64,000 nt of DNA. Source: Mytilus californianus. Lineage: Eukaryota. Below are positions 1 to 21,009 of this stretch, one piece after another. Location of the stretch: assembly GCF_021869535.1 (NCBI RefSeq), contig NW_026262679.1:47306001-47370000 (forward strand). Reading direction: 5' to 3'. A program made the translations under genes and the position numbers. Each line of letters begins with the position of its first letter. Position 1 is the first letter of the stretch. The notes below the pieces were generated by a model. The model was given only the letters and a program-made list of their open reading frames with translations. It was not told where the DNA came from and ran no database searches.

Positions 1-1122
1 AGCATTCCTAGAGGACGAAAATTGCGTCCGAAACATGGAAATAAAGCCAAATTCGATAAAATACGCATTGGGGACACCCACTTTCCGACCCATTGTCTCG
101 GTAGTTCTTTATGGCTAGGCATTATAGACGCTGCCCAAAGGAATAGCTATTGGATAGTACTACAACGTGAGGGTAAAGAATTTCTGGGGTAAGCATTCTT
201 TAAAGGCCGAAAATTTCGTCCGTAACACGGAAAAAAAGTCATATTTGATAAAATATGCACTGGGGTCACCCACTTGTTCAAAACCATCGCCCTGGCAGTT
301 CTGTATGGCTAGGGATTATAGATTCTGCTCTAATAAATAGCTTTTGGGTAGTACTACGACGAGGGGCCAAAGAATTTCTGGGGTAAGCATTCCTAGAGGA
401 TGAAAATTGCGTCCGAAACATGGAAATAAAGCCAAATTCGATAAAATACGCATTGGGGACACCCACTTTCCGACCCATTGTCTCGGTAGTTCTTTATGGC
501 TAGGCATTATAGACGCTGCCCAAAGGAATAGCTATTGGATAGTACTACAACGTGAGGGTAAAGAATTTCTGGGGTAAGCATTCTTTAAGGCCGAAAATTT
601 CGTCCGTAACACGGAAAAAAAGTCATATTTGATAAAATATGCACTGGGGTCACCCACTTGTTCAAAACCATTGCCCCGGCAGTTCTGTATGGCTAGGGAT
701 TATAGATTCTGCTCTAATAAATAGCTTTTGGGTAGTACTACGACGAGGGGCCAACGAATTTCTGGGGTAAGCATTCCTAGAGGACGAAAATTGCGTCCGA
801 AACATGGAAATAAAGCCAAATTCGATAAAATACGCATTGGGGACACCCACTTTCCGACCCATTGTCTCGGTAGTTCTTTATGGCTAGGCATTATAGACGC
901 TGCCCAAAGGAATAGCTATTGGATAGTACTACAACGTGAGGGTAAAGAATTTCTGGGGTAAGCATTCTTTAAAGGCCGAAAATTTCGTCCGTAACACGGA
1001 AAAAAAGTCATATTTGATAAAATATGCACTGGGGTCACCCACTTGTTCAAAACCATCGCCCTGGCAGTTCTGTATGGCTAGGGATTATAGATTCTGCTCT
1101 AATAAATAGCTTTTGGGTAGTA
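1..1122. repeat. Tandem satellite, 384-385 bp unit made of two diverged ~192-bp subunits; truncated by the window start
   Basis: AGCATTCCTAGAGG recurs at 1, 386 and 770. The related subunit AGCATTCTTTAA(A)GG starts at 192 and recurs in each later unit. Both subunits end in GAATTTCTGGGGTA. Confidence 0.95.
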
Positions 1123-2243
1123 AAGTTAACCAGGAAAACTGAACATTGACCAATCAACCATGAAAATGAGGTGAAGGTCAGATGATACCTGCCCGACATA
1201 CATATACACCTTACAACCATTCCATACACCAAATAAAGTTGAAATATTGCTTAAAGTTTAAGAAAAACAGACCAAAACACAAAAACTTAACATAAGCAAT
1301 GAACCATGAAAATGAGGTCAAGGTCAATTAAAACCTGCCAGACTGACATGTGCATCCTAAAATATTTCCATACACCAAATGTAGTTGACCTTTTGCATAC
1401 AATATCAGAAAAACAGACCAGATCACAAAAACTTAACATTGAGCAATGAACCGTGAAAATGAGGTCAAGGTCAAATAAAACCTGCCAGACTGACATGTAC
1501 ATCGTAAAATATTTCCATACACCAAATATAGTTGACCTATTGCATACAGTATTAGAAAACCAGACCAAAACACAAAAACTAAACTATGACCACTGAACTG
1601 TGAAAATGAGGTTCAAGGTCAAATAAAACCTGCCAGACTGACATGTACATCATAAAATATTTCCATACACCAAATATAGTTGACCTATTGCATACAGTAT
1701 TAGAAAAACAGACCAAAACACACAAACTAAACTATGACCACTGAACCATGAAAATGAGGTCAAGGTCAGATGACACCTACCAGTTGGACATGTACACCTT
1801 ACAATCATTACATACACCAAATATAGTAGACCTATTGCTTATAGTATCTGAGATATGGACTCAACCACAAAAACTTAACCTTGTTCACTGATCCATGAAA
1901 TGAGGTCGAGGTCAAGTGAAAACTGTCTGACAGGCATGGGGACCTCGCAAGGTACGCACATACCAAATATAGTTATCCTATTACTCATAATAAGAGAGAA
2001 ATTAACATTACAAAAAATCTGAACTTTTTTTTCAAGTAGTCACTGAACCATGATAATGAGGTCAAGGACAATGGACATATGACAGAAGGAAACTTCATAT
2101 CATAAGGCATCTATAAACAAAGTATGAAGCATCCAGGTCTTCTACCTTCTGAAATATTTAGCTTTTAAAAAGTTAGTTAACGCTGCCAGATCACTATCCC
2201 TATGTCGAGCTTTCTGTGACAAAAGTCACAGGCTCAACAAAAA
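1123..2243 (+). mobile_element. Helentron/HINE-like non-autonomous element with ~7 internal ~147-bp tandem units
   Basis: ATGAGGT(C/G)AAGGTCA-type motif at 1166, 1312, 1459, 1606, 1754, 1900 and 2056. Terminal hairpin GAGC-TTT-CTGTGAC-AAAA-GTCACAG-GCTC at 2207-2235 is followed by an A-run. Confidence 0.7.
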
Positions 2244-3824
2244 GCATGAGTTTCAGTATCTTAATACATTAAAGGACAAGACTTATACTTTATTAGACAA
2301 GTTTTAATTTATACTGTTATCTTGGTTCAATGTTTAATGAAAATGCTGCAAAACTAAAATTTCTCTTTAGGACGAATGCCATTATCTGTAAATTACTGCA
2401 AATTAATGGAGACCAAGACAATTTTGGACCCTTTGGACCTTAATATGGACTAATTTGAAAACAGGGCCCAAAATTAAAAATCTGAATGCACAATTAGATT
2501 CAGCATATCATAGAACCACAAGAATTCAGTTTTTGATGAAATCAACCAAAATCTAATTTTGGACCTCAATGTAGACCTAGTAATACATGGTAAAAATCTC
2601 AAACAATTCAAGACTTTAAATCAATCCTCATTGAAATGGGTTAAAAGATTTGTATTTATTTTCAATTGAAGATTTCTTGCTGTTGTGCAATACTTTGCTG
2701 TTGCACAATACTTAGTAAATCTGTTTACAAACTAAATATAATAATTTACACACCCTGTTAGGTGTGTATCTTCTGCCATATCAGTATTTGTTGTTTCTTT
2801 ATATAGATCAGAAATAATTTACATTAGAACCAGCTTAGCCAGTATTAGAAAAGTCTTGTTTTTTACCCCTATTTGGCCTCTAGTTTCTTAACGATTACAG
2901 CCACAACCCACAAAATCGATCCCAACCTACTGTGTGTGGTATGGAACCTTGTGGTACAATTTCATATAGATCCATTGCCTAATACATTAGTATTTATCCG
3001 GAAACCAGAAAAACCTTGTTCCTCCCCCCCCTTTTTTTTCCTGATCGGTTTGAGCCATAACCTCCAAAGTCAAACCTTGTGTTTTAATTTCATAGAGATC
3101 CATAGACTAATACTTAAGTAATTGTCCATTAACCAGAAAAACCTTGTTTCCCCCCCTCCCCCCCTTTTTATGCCCCTAATTCCTGAATTGTTTGGGCCAT
3201 AACCCCCAAAGTCAATCCCAACCTTCCCTTTGTGGTATGGAACATTGTGGTACAATTTCATGGTGATCCATTCAATTATACTAAAGTTATTGTCTGGAAA
3301 CCAAGACGACAATGACATGATAGCAGTATACGAACGCAAATTTTTTGCTGTCGTATAAAAACAAATATGACAGACATGAACCAACGACAACAACTGAATT
3401 ACCATACAGGCTCCTGACTTGTGATAGGCACATAGAGAATGTGGCGTGGTTAAACTCTCAACCCTCTCTCTAACCTGGCAGTGTTATGTTGCAGCACAAC
3501 ATAAGAACAAACTGTAAAATAAGCTGCAAATAGCTTAACTATATGCATTTTTGTATGTGGATCAACTTCCAAGCAAAGTTATGTGGTCACTGTGACATAC
3601 AAGTAATAGGAGCATCTAAAATAAAACATGTGTAGATATGCATTTTTAGGAAAAGGGCAGTTTTTATGTTGTTTTTTAATAGTGTATAAAGGATCATATG
3701 TATAGAGATGTTTCAGGGAGAGTTCATCATCAGGAATGAAGTTGGTCACTATAACCTAGATTCCATGCTTCATTGACATTGAAAATTTTATTTTAACAAC
3801 TATTGATACCAATAAGTACAAGGA

Positions 3825-4580
3825 TTTTTATGCCCAAACCGTAGCGGAGGGGGCATTAAGTTTTACCCTTGTCTGTCTGTACGTCCGTATGTACATTTCA
3901 AAATTGGTTTCCTTTCTCTAACTTTAGTTTGCCTCAACCAAATGTTATGAAACTTATACACAATGCTTATTACCACAAAACACAGATCAAGTTTGAATGT
4001 TGGTGGCATCACTTTTACCGTTCTAGAGTCATGCCCTTTACTAATGGAAAAATTGCTGAATTTTTCGTTTCCGTTTTCTAACTTTAGTTTGCCTCAACCA
4101 AATGTTATGAAACTTATACACAATGCTTATTACCACTAAACACAAATCAAGTTTGAATTTTGGTTGTGTCACTTATACCGTTCTAGAGTTATGCCCTTTA
4201 CAAATGGAAAAATTGCTGAAATATTTGTTTCTGTTCTCTTAACTTTAGTTTGCCTTAACCAAATATTATGAAACTTATGCACAATGCTAATTACCACAAA
4301 ACACAAATCAAGTTCGAAGTTTGGTGGCGTCACTTTTACCGTTCTAGAGTTATGGCCCTTTACAAATGGAAAAATTGCTGAAATATTCGTTTCTGTTCTC
4401 TCAACTTTAGTTTGCCTTAAGCAAATGTAATGAAACTTATAAACAATGCTTATTACCACAAAACTCAGATCAAGTACAAATTTGGGTAGCGTCACTTTTA
4501 CAGTTCTTGAGTTATGTTCCTTTATAACATTATATGCAAGCGGGGGCATCATCTGTGTCCCATGGACACAATTCCCATTT
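3825..4580 (+). mobile_element. Helentron/HINE-like element with four ~160-bp internal tandem units
   Basis: Start TTTTTATGCCC...GGGGGCATTA hairpin, then a GTCT/GTAC microsatellite. Units start near 3919, 4079, 4240 and 4402. End hairpin TGTGTCC-CAT-GGACACA. Confidence 0.7.
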
Positions 4581-4811
4581 ATTTAACTTTTGTAAGGAGG
4601 TATCTTGGAAAGTAGGTCAGCATCTAGGCTACAGATGGTAATCTTATCTAGATTATATTCCTTTATGCACATTCTCAGGAAGTGTTCTATAAATGGGTCA
4701 AGTTTCTTCCATATTGATTCAGACTATAGGGAGGAGTTACTCTAACAAGATGGATGGATAGAGGTCGATTCCTAATATCTCAGAAAAAACTTTTGTTTGC
4801 AGGGTGTTTAA

Positions 4812-5184
4812 GGATGATTGCTACTCTGTTTTAAAATAAAAAGCTTTTTTTTTAAAAAGGCTGTAATACATTGATAGTATATAAGTAAAGGAACTTAATA
4901 AACAGAAAAAAATGAATGGTCCGTGTCCTTGTTTTTGACATACAATGTATAATCAATTGAAAATTTGGCGGGAAATGATTCTCTCTTGAGTTTTCATACG
5001 TTTAACTTTCTTTTTCTTTCAAAAACTATGACAAAATAACAAGAATTTTATACGATTTTTAAACTGTATGTTATAAAATAAAGAAAAGGGGTTAGCGGGC
5101 AAAATTTTTATTGGCTCTACATGGATCAAACTAGAGGATTCCGAATATCTGACAAAAAGTCAGAAGCAAGAGTAGCGAACATCC
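4812..5184. mobile_element. TTAA-associated MITE (Kolobok-like), same family as 34934-35285
   Basis: Left TTAA|GGATGATTGCTACT; right AGTAGCGAACATCC|TTTA. Internal similarity to the 34.9 kb copy. Confidence 0.6.
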
Positions 5185-6525
5185 TTTAATGCATGTGTAA
5201 AACTAGTAAATCAATAAGCCCCTTTTCCAAAACAAGTATGGCCATAACTCCAAATGTCAATACAAACCTTTCTCTCATGTTTATTAACATCAAGCTTAAC
5301 GGACTTGTGAACTAAAAAAAAATTAAAATCTGTGTCCGCAGATGGACAAAGACAATCCCAATACAACTGTTCCATAATTAGACCTCATTTTTTTTTGTAG
5401 TCCAATAGTCCAACTAGCTATAGGGAAGAAATAAAAAGTAAAATTCCATTCTATTTTTAATGTATGACATTTTCAGTGGAAAAGTATATCATTTTTACAT
5501 CATTATAGAACACTTCTGATATATCATCAGAGGTTTTTTATGTTGTTTTAGAACAGTGATTTAAAAAAAAAATAACAAAAATAAGACACTAACCAAGAAT
5601 ATTGAGACAATTCCAATGCAGTAATATTCAGTGTGAATGTCAACTTTATATAAAAATTTCCTCTTGGAGATATTGCAATATTGTTTATAGTAAACAGATT
5701 TATGAAGACAGTATAGTCAGAGACTACATTAACACTTCAATTAAAACACAAAATATTTAATTGCATCTCAGGATAACCCAACTGATTTTAATATTACCGT
5801 TCATCTACTTTTCCAAACTTTTCTGTCATCATTCTATGTATCGACAGCTTTCACCTCTCATACATCAAATTTATGTGTAAACAACACATGAACACATCAT
5901 ACTAAACTGTCACTCACTATATTATTTTTGAACATTCAGCCACACATTCTGTTTAAAATTCATTAGTCTTGATAAAATTCTGGTTGAAAAGTAAATCATA
6001 AATGTACCATATGTGCAACTTCATTTCAAAATTTTTGCAACTTATCTAAATAAAATCTTCTTTAATTTGGTTAAATTTCAAACTTTCCCCAAGTAGTTTA
6101 ACCTTTAATTTAGTAATTAAATGCATCTAATTATGTTTTATACAAATATTCATAACAGTTATCCTTGCTTTATCACAACAAGCAAAGGTTTCACTACATC
6201 AATCTGTGCTCTTTCATAACAGGCATACACAAAAAAATTAAATAAAACTATTTCAACATAAATCAGCATGGCAGTGTATAACAATTTTAACTTAAAAAAA
6301 TGTCATTACATTTTCACAAATTTTCACTTTATACATTAAAAGTTTTTTTTCCAAAGCTGTGATGTCTAGATTAGGAAGACATTGCTTTAGTAAAAGCATT
6401 ATTTCTTCAAAAGATATGTTTTGGTACTGTTAACAATAGAATTGCAAAATAAAATTTTATATTCTTAATATCAAACTAAACTGCTCATAAAAAAAAAAAC
6501 CTGTTTCATGCTTTTCTGAAGAAAA

Positions 6526-6610
6526 ATAAAATTGAGAATTGAAATGGGGAATGTGTCAAAGAGAGAACAACCCGACCAAAGAGCAGAAAACAGATGAAGG
6601 CCACCAAAAA
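6526..6610 (-). mobile_element. Short 3'-terminal fragment of the Penelope-like family seen at 31181-33740
   Basis: AATAAAATTGAGAATTGAAATGGGGAATGTGTCAAAGAGAGAACAACCCGACC closely matches the sequence starting at 31181. Confidence 0.8.
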
Positions 6611-7745
6611 TGTTTGTATGAAAAATTAAAATTCCTTTTCAAGCATAATCATTAATAATTAATGAATATGTAAAGGGAAAAGTGTAACAAATTTACAAAA
6701 TGAGTTCATTTCTTATTTGATTTATTCTCATTTTTAAAATCAAAATAATAAATAATTTAAATTATAAAATGGTTTTATAAATATTCATGAATGTGAATTC
6801 CAATACAAAACATGATGTGGTGATATGAACCAATGTTTATTTCTACTGAGTCATCCGAATATCAGTAACTCATATTCCCATTGAAGGGATATTATTCTTA
6901 ATTACACAAATACTGAACTTCCATGTCAAATATCTTTATAAATTGTATATTGTACCCAAGAAAGATAGTCTGTTGTTTATAGTCACTTATGACAATACTC
7001 CAAGAAAGACTTTGCCAGTTATTTTATATATTTTATAAATTGGGACATATATATGTATATGTGTATCATACCCATTATTTCTAACCACTTTTGTTTATAT
7101 AAAAGTCCATCTACTCCATGTTCTTTATTGTTCTAATAACATTATGAATTTGTTATGCCTAATTAATACATTTTACAGTTGATGCCCACTGAAATAAGTG
7201 TATTGCATATTAAGAAAATTTTAAAGTACATACACCCAGAGAAAGAACTAAAATAGATAGCTTTGAGTAACTTCCAATATGACCAATTTTTAGCCTCAAC
7301 AATTCCAAAAATACTAGTTCATTTTATACAAGATATTCAGAAAACTAAAAAGGCAAAAATGTAACAAAACTTGACTCAACAACAGCCTTTTTATGCAAAA
7401 ATGGATAAAACAATATTTCAATGGAACTAACTGGGGTGTCTCTAATAAGGTCCATTGATGAGATTATCTACAATGATCTGTGGTTGTTATACAAAACAGT
7501 ACTGACCATAACTTGTTTCTTACAATGAAACAAAATTGAATAAAGTGAATTTATGAACTTTGTTTTACATGCATACGATTCCTTGAACATTCCTTCATCA
7601 ATGCCATTTTCAGTACACTTTTTTGGCATGTGTATTACGATTCAAACCATTGAGGTGATGAACTCCAGAAAACAATTTTAGTCCAGGTTTGCAATCAATC
7701 ATCCTTACATGGCTACCTTCTTCCGTCAATCGAGAAATGGAAATA

Positions 7746-15783
<8,038 letters not shown>

Positions 15784-18013
15784 CTGAATAAAAGATAAGA
15801 AATTTATGTTAGATCTGCCATTTAATTGATTTTATTTATTTCAAGTGAATATATGCAAATACACTTGGTATGTTAATATTTATATTCAGTAGTACGATTT
15901 TTGTGGAATGTATATGATGAAAATGCTATTTTACAAGTCACGAATGTTCAACGGATTCTCTTATTAAACCTGATCCTCTTTTCTCAGTCATTTTACATGG
16001 TGTGTATTTGTAGCAAACAGTTATGAAAGGTGTACAAAATCAGAAAAATGAGTGCAACTTCAATGATTCAATTTGGTGACACAATAAAAAATATATATCA
16101 AGTGGTTTTATCAGGGGTTCAAATTAACATTTAGTACTGGAAGGTCCATGACCTTTGACACTCCAAACTGAAAGGTCCACACCTAAATCCTAGGTTCTAC
16201 TTTTACATGAAATATTTCATAACTCAGTAACTAAGATACAAAATTAATGTGCTTTTGGTGTTAGGTTATACTGAGCTTGTTTCATCATATTTAAAGAACT
16301 GCATGTAATGTTTTGTTAAGTTTACAAATATATTGCCAGGCAACCATATACATAAAGCACTACACTGTCAATGTCACTGTGGTATAACATGTATAATAAT
16401 AAATGTGTTGTCTTGTATATTATGAATTCCAATAATCTTTTTTTTGTATTGTGGAGGGTGTCACTGTGGGTGGGTGTGTTGTCTCAATCATTGACAATTA
16501 TACCATAATCTCAGGGCTCACACTACTTCAGATTCGTAGGGAGATTCCGAGAAGTGACTTCTGTTTTTGAAACTGATACATGTGATAGGGAGAAGTGGTG
16601 AGATTTGAAAGAGGAGTATTCAAAGTTGCTCGCGGCGCTACAATGTTTGGTTTTAACTATAATATAAAGGGCTATATATGTATCTTTTTTTATATTGTTG
16701 TTAAATTTATACCTGAGTATACAATTAAAGTAACAGTTCCAATTCAAAGCTGTTTAAGTTTATCATATCTAGTTGCACATTGATTATATTAGTTGTCTTG
16801 TCAGAAACTACCACCTAAATATCTAGCACTGATAAAAAAAGAACTTTAGTTTTCAAAGCATTAAGCTATTTTCTACATAATAAATCAAATTTAAAAAGAA
16901 AAACTTAGCAGGTGCATAATTTTAGATTGTAATCACAATGAGCATTATGAGGGTGATGAGAAAAAAAATATGTTAACATGTTTTGTTTTGAATTTTGCAG
17001 CAAAATATGGGATCCGGTTTGTTTTGAATTTTGCAGCAAAATATGGGATCCCACATTTTTGTACCAGACATTTGGACCGATGAGTTGCCAATATTTATCA
17101 ACCTGGCAGCATAATTAAGAGTAGTAGCAGTATATATATCTATCATTAAATAAATGCAAATTGAAATATATCTTTATTTTATTTATCTTCATTGCATCCT
17201 ACTGAAGAAGGCTTCTTTTAAAATATGTCAGTAACTTAAATCAGGCCTTTTCCTGGCCCTTTTCGGAATTATGTCCTCTTGGTTGGTGGGGTGTCTATGG
17301 TGACAGTCTACCTCTATCTTTCCTAGGTGACCAGCCTCAGCCTGAAATTTTTTCAAAGGTCTTCCTTCGCTTCAGGATGCAGGTTGTCCTTTCCTCTGCT
17401 TATATTTTTCCTTACACTTTTTCTGCACGTCTTGGTCCATTCAGAATCTGTGACACTTGACCGAAGAATTTGCAACACTTGAACTACATGTATGGACGTC
17501 CTACAACAATCGTTTTTCTTTTGTCTCATCAATCATTTTCTCTTGTGATGTCAAAGTTTTCTGGGAACGTCTGTGATTTGTAGTAAAGGCAGACCAATAC
17601 TATTTGAAGTAATGATACGGCAAAGTCGGATGTAATTGTATGTTTTTTTGTATTAACTGTGAAAATACATGATTGGTACCAGCGGAATCTCTCAATCTCA
17701 GGATCTAGGGCAGTGCTTTAACCTATTCAGCCAAAAAAAATTTTTCCTAACTCAAACAGTTAGACTACCAATATATCTCTTGTTATAAATACAACACTCT
17801 CTCCCCCCCCTTTTTTTTCGCACTGCGAACCATCCATCAGAGCAGCTTACAGGTCCTTTTTGAGTCTTTCACTTGGAAACCCTCTGACCAGTTCCTTGAT
17901 CTAATGACCTGATCAGACCTCAACTGCCAGGCATCACACTCACTTGTATATACCAGTAGTAGATGCTCACAGCACCAATAATGGCAATATTGACTTTTTG
18001 TAAATACATTGAT

Positions 18014-18080
18014 GGTACCAGCAGGATTCGAACTCTGAATCATGGGATCCAAAGGCAGTGCTTTAACCGATTAAGCCAAA
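18014..18080 (-). mobile_element. tRNA-derived SINE head (A and B boxes); diverged second copy near 17674-17737
   Basis: Minus strand reads TGGCTTAATCGG (A-box-like) and GTTCGAATCC (B box). No clean cloverleaf. Confidence 0.6.
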
Positions 18081-18499
18081 AAAGATCTTCCCTAACTCAA
18101 CCAGTTAAGACAATCTTTATATTTCAAGTTATACAACAGTTGCACATAATGCTTTGTTTCAATTGTTTTGTATACCTTTTTTATTCTATAAAAAGTTCAC
18201 CAGAGCTAATGTTAATAGGTTTTATACTATGCTAAATTCAAATAAAGTTATCTATATCTATGTATAATTCATAGAAACAGAACACTACAAATGAATAATT
18301 TTTGTTAGCTGCTTGTTTAAACTTGAGACGGTAAGAACAGCTGTATGTTTTCTTAAAAACTTGGTTCATTTACTTTTCATCCTGGACATGTTCTCAATGC
18401 TGACTTTCTGCTACATATCAGTATTTTCCAATCTCATAAATGTCAAACTGAGGGCTCAAAATGTTATTTTTTTGTATCTGTTTGGTTTATTTCTACATT

Positions 18500-18600
18500 C
18501 TCAACGGAAATGCGACTGACGGAAGTCAAATTAAATGCGCCATCTGGTGTTAACATTAGTGCCCTGAAAATTAACCTTTCACTTACCCACCGTGAGTTTG
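18500..18600. promoter_or_regulatory. Candidate bidirectional promoter for DCAF12 and the kinase gene
   Basis: ETS-like ACGGAAATG (18504) and ACGGAAGTC (18519); CTCF/YY1-like GCGCCATCTGGTG (18537-18549); donor-like sites on both strands at 18586 and 18592. Confidence 0.45.
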
Positions 18601-18616
18601 ACAGTTTCAGTAAAAA

Positions 18617-19499
18617 CTAGAGTCTAGAACACACCCGCGAAATCGCGGGTATTTAGAGCTTGGTTGAAAGTATGTAAACTGTTATAGGGTGAATTTTTGT
18701 AAAAAATTTTATGTCTGGAGAAATTCAGAAAAGGTATCAAACTGAGTCATAAGCACTTGGAGACAGGACAATTATTTTAAGCCCTCTCCCTTTTTTCCAA
18801 AGTCTGTTATTTTTTTGCTCTCTGTTAAATTGCATGATTTTCGCGTTTCTGTATACTATGACCATAGAACTACATATAATATAAATAAAGTGTATTTGCT
18901 ATTAACTATCAATTCCATCCACGGCGATCACTGCTATATAATTTATATAGAGAGTCTCTATATATTATAGGATTATAATCATAGTATAATGCAGAATAAC
19001 GCGAAAATAATTGTCCTGTCCCCGAGTAATTATGAAAATTATGTTTAAAGAGGGGAGTAAAGGGAGGTATCTGCACGATCGAAAGAACGCGAAATAAAAT
19101 TGCCATTTCACGATGAGCGAACAATGAAAAAATTCTTGCACGTTGATCTTTTTATCGATTTCAAGAAACATGGTGAATAACGAACCTTTTTCACGGCTGC
19201 ACATGAAATAAAAAGTGGCAAAACATGTTGCTCGAAAAAAAAACCTTTACCCCCTCTTTTAAAGTTTAAAATCGGAAGTCTTGGGTATGACTTAAAAGTC
19301 GGTCTGATGACGGAAACAATATCCGGAAGCCTTTTTCTTCGTTTTTCTCCCAAAATAACACAAACTGAATAATCATAAGAATGGATGACAAATGCGACTA
19401 TGCATGGTACCTATAGGACACAGAGGCATGATGATTAATTTATTGGGGAAGGAAGAGAAGCGACACACAAAATGAGGTCTTCTCGTTTAATAGTATAGA
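18617..19499 (-). mobile_element. Complete non-autonomous Helitron (883 bp)
   Basis: Minus-strand 5' end TCTATACTA at 19499. 3' hairpin ACCCGCGA-AA-TCGCGGGT at 18633-18650 and terminal CTAG at 18617-18620. Inserted between A and T with no TSD. Confidence 0.85.
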
Positions 19500-21009
19500 T
19501 ACTTGGGAGAACCTATAACCCTGTATTGTAATACTACAAGTAATACATTGTACTGAATTTTTGCCATAGAATGTGAAGTTATGTGTTAATACAGTTTTAT
19601 TACTGTTTAACATAGATATAATATGGAGTTCAGATTACTGCAGAAATTCTGTGGAGATTTTTTGATATTCACTTAATTAACCATACAGAATCCAAGGAAG
19701 AGTTTATTGTTCCATTATATATTCAGTGACATGTAATGTACATTTTACGTGATTAATTGACTATGGACAATGATGGCGAATTATCTTTGTATATCCTTGG
19801 TTATATTTATTTTGACATAAGATGGTAATAATTCATATTAAAATATAACTAGTCATGCTAGTCCTGATCACACATACTTTCATCAAATTAAAAACATATT
19901 ATATCACTCACAGGTGAAACATATTTCTTTGATGGATAGAAGAATTCAAAAGATATACCAACTCATTGCATTAGATAGATTGGAATGGAAATGGAAGTTT
20001 GAATATGTGTAAGCCAAAACATGTTCAGTTGTATAGAATTTCAGAGATGTAATCCATCAATATGTGTCCAAAGATATGAATTGATGTCCACAAGGACAAT
20101 TTAGGTAAGATATATTATGATATAAAAAATTAGTCTTGAAGAGCAATCATAATACGTTGTTTGTAATAAAATGTATCAACAACTTAAAGCTTTGAATATA
20201 CATGTACAGGATAGACCAAATGTACCAACAGGAGCATTTCAAATACAAAATGTAGGTGTCAGCTCATCAGATATTGAAAGGGCTCTAGGAGCTTGAAATG
20301 TTCCTGAGTAGAGAGTTAAATGTCTATATGTATTCCAGATTTGATTGAAAATACAAAATTGTATGTAGATCATCATGCTTGTTTCAATATTTTGTTTAGA
20401 TTATTTTATGTAACCCTTAATGGCTTTGTTAATCCCCACTGAGATTAAGAAAGAGATAGAGAGAGAGTTGAGAACTCAAAAATCTAGTTTAACTGCCACA
20501 TGTTAATTTTAATGTGGCTGAAAATTTAGATATCTTGTCAGTCATGTCAGTGGTTGTCTTTTGTTTTCTTAATGTTTTATCAAATATGGTATGTTGACCT
20601 TATGTTGCTTTTATTTTGTTGGATGACATTTTGTACATGCATGGGCCATGACGGCAATAATGCCTCATAAATTACCCTAAAATCTATTGGAGATAAAATT
20701 TTCATCTTTTTCTGAAACTTCATGAATAATCTGAACCAAATTTATCAGGTATATTATATGGAAGATCATTCATATGAATATATTATTTCAGTATGATGGG
20801 ATAAACATTATGGGTTCTTAATTCTCAGGAGTCAATTTTTAAATTTTTTGTCGTGGGAAGTACAAGACCACTTCTTTTGAAACTTCAAATGAATGATTAT
20901 TGGCATATATCATCTATTGAGAATCCTTGTTTTGTATTGATCAGGTAGCATAGAAGAATAAAATGCATAAATAAATGTTATGTCTTTTTAAAATATTTTC
21001 AGAGAAAAC

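Noticed and set aside
278-961. Short ORFs repeated in the satellite
   Set aside because: They recur with the repeat period and have no recognisable domain.
17221-17580. Coding-like purine-rich minus-strand segment as the DCAF12 first exon
   Set aside because: All three frames contain stops and no good phase-1 donor was found.
18014-18080. Functional tRNA gene
   Set aside because: A and B boxes are present but acceptor and anticodon stems do not pair; a diverged duplicate nearby fits a SINE head.
19304-19318. CTGATGA...GAAAC as a hammerhead
   Set aside because: There is no room for stem II between the boxes.
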